DNA from: Paraphysomonas bandaiensis
Taxonomy: Eukaryota > Protista > Chrysophyceae
Direction: 5' to 3'
Length of the DNA stretch: 64,000 bases
NCBI GenBank assembly: GCA_965644295.1
Contig: CBFFRP010000598.1
Coordinates: forward strand, 1 to 64,000
The position numbers and the translations under genes were made by a program. Below are positions 53,811 through 64,000 of the stretch, piece by piece; position 1 is the stretch's first letter, and each line of letters opens with the position of its first letter. Below the pieces are notes generated by a model, which saw only the letters and a program-made list of their open reading frames with translations, was not told where the DNA came from and searched no databases.

Positions 53811-54469
53811 ATATTGTGGGTTGCTGCCAAATAAACTGGTCACAGATGAACTTTGCTTTCCTAAGCATTCTGTCTATGTGTATTAAAGTTCCACGGTGCA
53901 ACATATGGTGCACCAATACCCATTACAAGCTAACAGCCAATATTGTCGAAGGAAGTGAGTTGGATTAAGTTTTGCAAGATAGGGTAAAAACTAGGAGGGG
54001 AGGAGGCAAGAAGTCTTTTTTTAGGTATCTTGATCAACTATCTGAGGAAAACTAGCTGTAGAATAATATAATATGATTGAGCTACTTGTTGTATGTGCGT
54101 AATAAAAGTTTGTAGTAGTTTCACAAAGTTGGGATGTGCCATTTCTAATAAATTGCATACTAAATTGGAATTGAATAGAACTAGGCTTAAAGAATAAAAT
54201 TTATAACAAATTATATAACTGTTAAAACTTTACCCTATTAAATGTCTACTAATTGGTTTTTTAATAGTAAATAAGTAAATAGTATAGAATAATATAAGTA
54301 AAATAATACAGAAGCTAAACTAAAGCTAGCAAAATATAAAAATACACTGTATATACATAATATATATATATATTTTTTGTATATTATACATATATTATTT
54401 AAGCAATTATAGGCATGCAAGTGCTAAAACTAAACAGAAACCTATCTAATGTTTAATATATATATCGAA

Positions 54470-54775
54470 TTATTTAATGCTACGGAGGCTGCTTGTGCGT
54501 CACCGGAAGCACCAAGGTGCAATCACTTTCACTCAAAGCAAACGCAGTGAGCAAGCAGAGTGGTGATATACCTGACATCTGCTGACCACTTCAGGATTTT
54601 TGAGTCCTTAAGGTGAACATCCCGGATGCTTGACTGCCGTAGGCAGCCCAATACCCCGGATGCCCTTGAGGTGGGCCTATTTCCAGAGGCCTGTTTATTC
54701 GTCAAACCCCAAAGACGTCTACTACACTGACACTAAAATTTGTGTCCCTTGTACCACACAAGCATTCGGCTATAT
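54470..54775 (-). repeat. Dispersed repeat, left arm of an imperfect inverted pair
   Basis: The reverse complement aligns colinearly with 55113-55490 (shared blocks gtagacgtctttgg, gttcaccttaaggactca, gtcagcagat, tctgcttgctcact, tttgctttga). Confidence 0.85.
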
Positions 54776-55112
54776 GTGTAGGCAGAATGGTAGCTCCTGA
54801 CTATAATATATGCGGCTCACGTTAGTTTTCCGGAGAAATATCACCGGTACTTATTTCCCAAAGAGCCCCACGAAAAGGTGCGAGTCCGACTTTGTTGAGG
54901 GCATATATTTTTTATTGTAGCAATAATTCAATTAAAAAGAATAACAAGATATTATAATATTTTATATACAATTGATAATCGCACCGACAAACAAGGATGC
55001 ACGTTTTGAATGATTGATCGCACATTTGGCAATATCCCCTACAGTGTACCTAATATAAGACGTTGTCAAAGACATGCAACCACATTGTTATGCCTACTCA
55101 TATTGTCTTTTA

Positions 55113-55490
55113 TATAATAGCTAATACTTGTGTGACTGGTGTGTAATAAAAAACACAAATAAAAGTGTCACTTATGTAGACGTCTTTGGATCTTGACAGA
55201 AGTAAACAGGCATCCGGGAATGGGTCCACCACAAGAACATCTGGGAAGTAGCCCATCAAAACGGGTGTCCGGGGGCTATGAGCTGCCTCATAAAGTCGGG
55301 CATGTCGGGATGAGTTCACCTTAAGGACTCATAAATCCCGAAGTCAGCAGATAACAGGTATATATCAACTTTCTGCTTGCTCACTTGTTTGCTTTGAATG
55401 ATTCAAAGCAAGCATATGATGGTTGCAACTTCTTGTTGGTGCTTGCGGCGACGCACAGAGAGTTCTCGTAGCGCCAAATAAATAGTAGAA
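55113..55490 (+). repeat. Dispersed repeat, right arm of an imperfect inverted pair
   Basis: See the left arm; contains four GCATCCGGG-like subrepeats. Confidence 0.85.
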
Positions 55491-56480
55491 CATATTAGCA
55501 TTTTGGTATTTACTAGATTATTTTAATTTAGTAGATCCTTGTGCACACGTCTACTGCTAATAATGAGGCGTTCAATAATTTACAGAGGGTAGCTAAACCT
55601 GAACATGCCAAGTCATTGCCTCTCAGAAAAGACTTAAGGAAATTACAGCTCCGCGCCTTCTGAATCAACAAAATGTCAAAGTTCTTGATGATTATTTTTG
55701 TAGATCTACAGTTTTTCGTTGCTATAGATAACTTGCTCTGCTACACTAACAATCATTGTTGCTGTGGCAACGAGCGAGCACCGACTAACGGAAAGAGTAA
55801 ATCTTCAATCATGTAAATCGGATGGGGGATGATAGCAACCTAATGCGAACAACATGTAGATATATCTTGGTCGACGTGATACCTATATTTTAAAATCGTG
55901 TATATCCCAGAGCCAATAAGAAAAATCGATTGACCGGATTCAATGGGAGTATGGAATCTAGGCGTATAGATCTGTTTACTGTTTATGATTACAATTTTTA
56001 CGCCTGAATATTACACTGTAGGAAGAGGAGGCAATTGGGCACGCTAACGATTATTATTTTAAATTTTATAATTATTTCATATCGCACCTTTTAATTGCGT
56101 TGCAGCCCCACCGTGGAAATACTAGCCACAACTCTTTTGTGTCCATGCTTAAGTTTTAGCTATCTCTTTACTCTTTACTGTGGTATGAACTTTAGTAATT
56201 GCAATATTTTAATTTTTTTAATTTCAATTAATGAAGTCAGTATAAACAATTAATAGTATAGTTAATGTACTAGTAGTTATATATTATTTGTATACATCCA
56301 CACATAGCAAAAAAACGTGCAACACTTTATAGCATGACTCAGGGATGTGACCGACGCAAAGAGTGCATGCAAATGTAGATTAGAAGAAAAACTGTACTGT
56401 TCTACGACAAACTAACGTCTTGTTGTAGAGATCTTTTCCATAGTGTAGAAAAAATTAAATAATATGGAAGTAAATGTCCG

Positions 56481-59448
56481 CTACAATTGAGCTGGACTTG
56501 ACATTGTATCATCCTCGTCAATATCCTCCAAGGGTTCCATATCTCTATCGTGTTCCCCAGCAGGTCGATCTAAAGATTTTCGCAACGACCTCATACCACT
56601 GGTCACTTGTACTTCTGACATCTCATGAAGGCGAGTCGAAATTGCCTCTTGATGAAGAGCTCGATTGGCCAGAAGCTCCAGGCGTTGCTTCAATGTGTCA
56701 ATTTCAGCCTCAATTCTTGCCATTTCAGCGACGGCAGTCACTGTCCTATTCATGCTACCAGTTGGCTCACGATTCGTGGATGAGGTGACTTCTGCAGTGT
56801 TTTGAGAGACAGTTGATGGATGCACATACAATTTTCTCCAAGAAAAGCTGACAAATAAAATAAGGGTGAAATATGTACCACAGAGCACAACTTACGATAC
56901 TGGCTTTCGAACCTCGACTAACTTGAACGTTTTGTCCAAGTCGTACCCCTGCAACACAGTCCAATAAACAACCACTACCACATGCAGATAGCAGTGCAAA
57001 ATACCTACCTGGAGAAGCTTCGTAAACACAGAAAAATAGAGAACCACTATAGTCCTCGTTGCACCAAATACAACTAACAAACCAAGTAAAAACCTCGACT
57101 CGAAAGGCTTCATGTTTACTAATAAATAGAGTGGCACCCCAACCAAGCAGCAGAGTATTATGCCAAATATTGCTGCAATACACATTCAAGGAATAAAACT
57201 AATTATATATGCAGATCATACCATTTGCAACTTGCTTCGCATCACTAATTCCTGAAGGCAGATCACGAGTAAGGTAACACATGTAGACACCTCCGAACAA
57301 TATCAATGTCTCAAAAACCAAAAGAGCCACCGCAGAATCATGCATCATATACGGACACGTTTTGGCTCGCGTGCGCTCGAATTGGTTGTCGGTGAGCATT
57401 GTATAATCATAATCTTCATGCCATACATGTGCTATATTAATCGACAGCAGGATTGTAGTAATGGCGAAAATAACTAAAACACATATCATTGTCTGAAGTA
57501 GAGAAACCTTTTTTCTCTGAAACCCCGAATTGAGAACCAAATAGATACGAAGGGTTTTGACTAGAAGAGGGCTAAAAATGAATATAAAAGACAGATGACA
57601 CATAACATTAAGAGATATACACACTGGTCCAGATGCTTCCAGAGACGCTAGAATAGCTGTAACTGAGGCACAAACACCTCCCAGCAATATCACATACACT
57701 AATTCTGGTTGCAAGATCCGAATCATCCTCGTTTGTTCGTAATATACCATCGTAGCAAACGAAATCGACACAGCAACTATGCATAACACTGACGCTACCC
57801 ACAGCAGCGCTGCCATGCCGATTTCTAAACTAACTGTGGTGACGTGAGGGCGATCAAATGGGTATGTATTGTCTTTCGTGTCAAATATGAAGTCTGAACA
57901 TGCACAAGAGATATGGGTGGGGTACATTTGGGTTTCACACATGGCGGCCACCACAGGATTATCAATGCAGGGTTCATACACAAGCGATGATGAGTCCAAA
58001 GTACCCGTGTATATCAGGCCTTTTGCTGAAGCCGACATGTTACCTTTAGATGATTGCAAAAACAGCTCAGGATCAAAGGTAAACATTCCATACGCGATAT
58101 TACTCATCCTGTCGTTGCTAGTACGCAAAAGAAACGGCGAACGTTGGAATACGCCAGTTACCCCTGCATTGATAACTTGATCCAGGGCCGTCTGCATGTT
58201 AAAGAAATTGATTTCCGATTGGTGTGAATAGTTCCCATGAAGAAGGGAATTGACACCTTTAGCAAGAAGAATCGTCGCATCATACGCATACATTGCAGCG
58301 GCATCAATATCAGATCCATCAGTGGCAAATTCAGTGAAGTTCAACCCCGCGCAGATCGTTGTATTATCGGCTGTGTACTGGTGGAGGAAATTACCGTCAT
58401 CATCTGTTGTGGAGTCACAAACTCCTCCGGAACCCACTGTGGGTGTTTGTTGCCTCCACCGTGATATGAAACTCGTTGCCTCCGGGTCAGATTTTCGCAC
58501 CATTTCACGCACAGCTGTAAAACCTTTCATGACACCCGCTATATCTTCCAGTGACATCTCTCCGTCGTCGAGGTTCTGCCATACCTCAGGAGAAGTGGCA
58601 GACTCAGCAGCCACAATATGAGTCCCTTCTCCAAACATCTTTAACTTCCAGCCGGCCTTTAAAATAGCAGCCGTTTGAGCCGCATCCCGGATAAACAGTG
58701 CATATATATTTGCTCCCGTAGCTTTTACTTCTTTCATCATGGCTTCGTAGTCTCTGGAATTGTAGTCTGTGTGAACCCAGTATCCACTTGCACCAATATA
58801 TTGGGCACCAGCAATGTACCGAAGCTGTACGTGATATCCCCACACATTATACGAATGGATAATGGCAACTCTTTCCCAGCCATAAGTTTTGTATATGAAA
58901 GACGCTAACAAAAACGCTTGAAGGCCAGCTGAAGGGTTGGTGCGGACGAAATTTGGGTACGTTTCAACAAGAGAGAAGTCATCGTCATCGCCTTGATAAG
59001 CGATTTGAAGTGCCCCTTGTTCAGCAAATATTTTTACAGATCCTGAATTTGTACGTTAGCGGTTAAAATATCAAACAAATCACATGGTACCAGCAATTCC
59101 AGTATTACTGTCGGGGCCGATATTAGCACGAACTCCCAACCCACCAAAAGAGGAACCTAACGTACGTGTAGCCACTGTGGCACTAGAAAAGCTGTATCCA
59201 TGAGGAGAATATGCCATTCTCAGTTCAGTGGTGGGAAGTAAATCATCATACATGCCGTCAGTTTTATTATTGACTTCTCTGAATGCCATTAATATCGCCT
59301 CTTTGCACTGAACGCCGACGCGACTCACCCCACCAGCGCTGTCCTGCAGGTTAAACATGGCTCCGATATTGACCTCAGTGAGCGTCGAGACACAACACAC
59401 ACACATATGAAAGATTGCTAAGAGCCGCTTAACAAGCGAGGGGTTCAT
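56481..59448 (-). CDS. Class C GPCR (GABA-B / Dictyostelium Grl-like): signal peptide, Venus-flytrap (ANF_receptor) domain, 7tm_3, coiled-coil tail; 5 exons
   Basis: 'VNIGAMF', 'AFREVNN..DLLP', 'IGPDS', 'YPNFVRTNPS', 'YGWERVAII', 'YAYDA'; 7TM 'FSPLLVKTLRIY' and 'TRDLPSGISDAKQVA'; tail 'MARIEAEIDTLKQRLELL'. Confidence 0.92.
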
Positions 59449-60838
59449 ACTGACGGATGCGTTATACACAGCAGATAGGAGATATACAGATAGATGATCA
59501 GGAGTGGACAGGTCTCGTAGCAGTGTCTGTCATTAGCAGGGTCCACACACTCTACTGAGGGTTCTTAATGCGAAACTAGTATGTGTATACATACAGAACA
59601 CATGCATGGAGGAAGTTATACACACTGTAGTGGCGATATGTACGAAGTGGATATGTAGAAACATGTTAAATTTTCGACAACTGGATGCGGGAAATAAAGG
59701 GGATCTGTACTGTAGTTCACGAGAAGCCGGTTTTCAAGACAAAAACAGATGTTTTTTGGTAGAAACCCCTTGTTTCCGTAGCGAAGATATACAGTAGAGT
59801 ACAGTCCTCATGTGAACAGGGCAGTTTGCTTAAGATCTTCTCACATCTGCTCTGATATCACCCGACGCATAGTTCAATGCATACCTCCGGTCTATCTAAG
59901 ATCATTAGGAAGTGCACTTCATTGATATCTAGAGGCAATACACAGAGCTCGGAGAGGTGATGAGGCAGTATACAATCTTCGAGTTTTGATAGTGGACAAT
60001 GCAGCTAACCGTTAGATGGATGAATTTCGATGTCTCGGTGCTGCTAACGACAGAGGCAACATTGAAGTAGTGATTGCAGCGTGATATGTAGGGGGCTTAG
60101 ATTATATTGTGTACGTATATATTCCATTTTAATTTCAGACACTGAGAAATGTGAAGTAGAAATTGGGGTGGCTGTATGGAGCACATTTTATTTGATTGGT
60201 GAAGGTCTGAGTCAAATGATAACCTCAGGCAACTCTTATGTGTATGTAAAACGCGCTGGGAAACAACATTTGAGAGTTTAAAGTATACTGTACGCATTTT
60301 CCTAATGTATAGTTGTTTTTGCTCCTCTTGCCATACTTCAAAAAGCAAGTCCTCATATTTTATATTATTAATTTTGACAACGTAAAAAGTGTATAAATAG
60401 CTTCGGTCTCATTTACTACTCGGCCGTATTCTTCAGAAATTTCAGATATTCTTGATCAAAAGTCAGGTACAATGTGTTCGACATTGTTGTTTGTTGTCTA
60501 GCTGCATGATAGATATCGTTAGTGTTATATGCAGTTTATGTCCTGCTTGACTGAAAGCCGCTGCGTTTTGTTTTACAGTTTCTGCTTTGAAGGCTTAAAA
60601 TTATTTTCATTACAATTTCCCCTCTTGAGGACATGATAGTTACACAGGTAATGGTCAGGTTGTACGTGTGTCGTTGGGTCATATACATCATAGCTACAAA
60701 GGTGTGTAAGTAGACTTAATGCTACGAATAGGTGCCTAATTCAATAACTTAAACTATACTTAAGAATATATTACATTTTATAGAGTAAACCAAAATGTAT
60801 AAAAGCTATTGGGTTTCTTGTAACCGGAGAGAGTGCAC

Positions 60839-61381
60839 CTAGAGCGCTTCATCGACAGAATTCGTAGACTGTCCCGCATCTAAATTTATAGTTGTCAAAA
60901 CATGAAGAAGCTTACGCACGTAGTACATCGCAGATCCTTCCAAACCTAAAAATACAACTGATATAACCAGTGTGATGGCCGCATGGGTGATGCCGTCGGC
61001 AAGAACCAATATAGCGCCCACTACATGTAAAAATTCCAAAAATATTACCAGAGCCAATATACAGCAATATGCCCCTAAATATGTCATTCCTGAACATAGT
61101 TCTTCATTTTTCTTCCGTACACCTTCATAGCAGAGATACAACAAGGACGCACTGAACACAAGATCGACCAATCTTACGGCAGCAATTGCCCCTCCTCCGT
61201 GCACCATGATTAAAGAGAACGCAATGATTGTCAATGTCACTTGACAAGCACATAAAAGCAATGCGATTCTCAAAATCTTCTTAGATATTTTGTTAACTTC
61301 TGCATTGCGATAACCAGACGTTACTGAGAGGCTCGTGCCCGGAATCAAAGATATATACTCTTCGCTGTCTGGTACAGACAT
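60839..61381 (-). CDS. Hypothetical four-TM membrane protein (180 aa)
   Basis: Four clear hydrophobic helices; intronless ORF from MSVPDSEE. Confidence 0.7.
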   Translation of the reverse strand: MSVPDSEEYISLIPGTSLSVTSGYRNAEVNKISKKILRIALLLCACQVTLTIIAFSLIMVHGGGAIAAVRLVDLVFSASLLYLCYEGVRKKNEELCSGMTYLGAYCCILALVIFLEFLHVVGAILVLADGITHAAITLVISVVFLGLEGSAMYYVRKLLHVLTTINLDAGQSTNSVDEAL

Positions 61382-61850
61382 GTTAGTGCTACACTGTACC
61401 ACAAGTTGTATGTAGATCTCAAAACAGCACTGCACTCTCGTCGATATTATGATGTGAAAGAAGGTCAGCGCGCAGTGGTGCATACAGCAGGCAGACATGT
61501 GCAGCAGTATTCAGATCTATGTGTACAGCGTATCTTCCCTGTACTACACTACCGTACTGCTGCACACATACGATAGTACAGTGGAGTACTGCACTACGAG
61601 TGTCCATTGCATTGTACTCCGCATCAACCAGCACGTACAGCAGTGTGGTGGAGATACTGTAGATACGGAGAGCAGACTTGTGTAGCTATATATACAAAGA
61701 CGCGAGCAGGCACAGCACTGTATATGGAGCAAGTTCTCATACTATAAGCTTTATGAGACGGGATAGGGGGAGATTTCCACTGCAGATATTGATCTGCCGC
61801 TAGAGGAGTGTTCAGGTCATCCAGATAGTCACTGAAGTGTTTGCGTGCCA

Positions 61851-64000
61851 ATGAAGTCGCGTTACTTGGACGTATGGCCAGATAAACGCCGTAAAAATGA
61901 AACAACAGAAAGTTCTTCGCGTTCTATGCTTCTAGAGCGCTTAGTTCTCAATAATGACGATGACAGTCGTGAAGAAAATGAGACAGAGTCGTTATTGTTA
62001 GCATACGCTAGTCTTCGAACTGAAGACATCGAACTTCTCAGTGAAATACTTCATTCGCGTGGAATCACGGAGCATATTGATGATTACATATCTGATACTG
62101 GCTGTACACTACTGCACATTGCTTCCAAGAATGGATTCTATGCAAGTATAGACATGTTATTAAAGAGTTCGGCCGATCCACTAGTTATGGAAACAAAAGG
62201 GGGTAATATACCTCTACATTTAGCAGCTATTGGGGGTCACGCTCAATCATTGAAACTGCTACTCACATGTAGCAATCCGAATATGAAAAATATGTCGTCT
62301 GGTAAGGTTGCTCTTCACTATGCTGCAGAGTACGGCTACGAGGAATGTGTTTGCGAACTTCTGCGTAACAATAGCAGCAACCCATTGAATATCAATGCAC
62401 AAGATGATCATGGGCATACTGCTCTTCACCTGGCATGTATTGATGGTAGCTTGGCTGTAGTAAAGCTTCTACTCAACGCTGGTGTAGATGCATCTCTCAA
62501 GGATTGCGATGGCCGGACTGCAATGGATATCGCATCATCGATGCCAGCCAGAGATGATATTGTACGAGAGCTTGCAATTTCCACGGAAGTTGTTAAACCT
62601 TCTCTTTTTGACGGATTAGCTGTGAAGGCAAGTATGAATAAGGAATCTTTGTTTGAAGGCCTCACCGTACAAACATTTCCCGTTCAACGGCAATCGGTTA
62701 GTTTGCCGTCAAGCGACTCCCCGCGGTCCAGGGCTACAAGCCACAGTGCTCCACCCGGGAGATGGGTAGTGATACAATCCGGAAAATTTTTACTCGATCG
62801 GCGAAACAAGCAAGTTATTGTACATAGAGACAGGTTAGTATAGAATTGTTGAGGTGTGCAACTCCTTTGCTGCGGAGTGGTTTTTGTACTATGCTTGGTT
62901 TTTATAATGTTGTAGTAGGACTTAGAGTTGGCTGTGCTATATTTTTATTTGTAGCTCAGTCGCTAAGATGTCTATTGTTATTATGCATTTATTTATATGC
63001 ATAGCACCGTCTTACAGTGCTGCATTGAGTTATTTTACCCGTATATCTCACCTCGAATCTGTGTAGGAACTCTGCGGTGAGATGGGGACACCATTGGAGG
63101 TGGAACCAAGCCGACGAGAAAATAAGCCAAGACATAACAGCTACAGATAAGATTCTCAGTCCATCAAAACTAGTCCGGAAGCTTAGCCTCATTTCGGACA
63201 AGGTGTCTGATAAACTCAATAGTTTGACTCTGCTCAAGCGGAAATCTGTCTGCGAGGAATCTTCAGACCACGCACTACCAGTAACATCCACCGACGACTT
63301 ATCAGACCTATATGTTGCAGAGATCGATGCATCGGCGTGGGACGGGTTCATAAAGACTTTTTCTTTCTTCCTTATGGAAATGGCAGGTGAAGACCCTCTG
63401 CTGGATGAGTATATATCTAAGCATATCAGCTCCGCCCCAAAGAAAAATTCCCGACGCCCTAGTTTTGAGGGTAATAATATGAGATTTTTCCATGGGTCAG
63501 TAAGTAAACCGACTGAGGAAAGTCTTTTGAAAAAAGATATAGAGTGTTTAAGGGACGAGGTAAGAAACTGTTCAAACAATACATGTGTCTGTCAAGCGCT
63601 CCAGTTTGTGTGGATACGCGATGTCTGTATGCTGTGCACAACGCATTGTATAATAGAAGAAAGCAAATGCACCGTAATGCCCATTACCTGATATATGTTT
63701 TCATTAATCAGATCGAGGCCATTGAAGCAGCAATTGAGTGTGCCAATAATGAACTTAGTCTTTTGAAATCGGACCCAGTTAGTTATAAAAAACGGGTCCT
63801 CGCATCTCTGCCGACCGTATCGAAATCAAGTAAAGCTCTTGGTCGACAACACACCGAATCTCGGCCCCCACTTGATGCAAATGAATTTTCCCTTATGTTG
63901 GAAGGAAATACACCTTTAGCGAAGGATGTTCAAAGGAATACTGATGATTGTTCGGTTTCTAGAAGTGCATCACTGAAGCTTTTTGCACCTTTGGATGCAA
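61851..64000 (+). CDS. Ankyrin-repeat protein with downstream low-complexity/coiled-coil region (3' end beyond the window)
   Basis: Four ankyrin repeats (GCTLLHIAS, GNIPLHLAA, GKVALHYAA, GHTALHLAC) plus a partial fifth; spliced continuation from ~63067. Confidence 0.85.

Noticed and set aside
54590-54625. Hammerhead-ribozyme-like 'gagtccttaaggtgaac'
   Set aside because: Lacks the CUGANGA and GAAA core in either orientation.

Overview
Gene-dense eukaryotic nuclear DNA: standard code, GT-AG introns mostly 45-60 bp, many head-to-head gene pairs. Gene content and intron style suggest a flagellated stramenopile protist (inference only). Positions 1-13677 are a direct tandem triplication of a ~4.6-kb unit carrying the 3' half of the GATOR2 subunit WDR59/Sea3 plus the promoter and 5' end of an acidic-protein gene. 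The intact WDR59 follows, then a ~700-bp (CATA)n tract, an LPAAT-type acyltransferase, a SPICE1-like protein, a PPR protein, a MAPKK, a Rid2/YoaB protein, a large surface receptor (PQQ-type beta-propeller, mucin stalk, EGF-like repeats, TM), a MAPEG protein, a gustatory-receptor-like 7TM ion channel, a UCP/DIC-type mitochondrial carrier, UBA2, a two-domain Nav/EukCat-like channel with EF-hands, a class C (GABA-B-like) GPCR and an ankyrin protein. Mobile or repetitive DNA includes a 123-bp hAT-type MITE with an 8-bp TSD and a dispersed ~350-bp repeat forming an imperfect inverted pair. The most striking observation is the receptor propeller, encoded one blade per exon with seven phase-0 introns, an architecture that would permit exon shuffling. 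Also notable are the GRL, the two-domain non-TPC channel, and twin AP-4 beta4-ear (tepsin-type) motifs in the ankyrin protein. All family calls come from motif recognition by eye; no searches were run.
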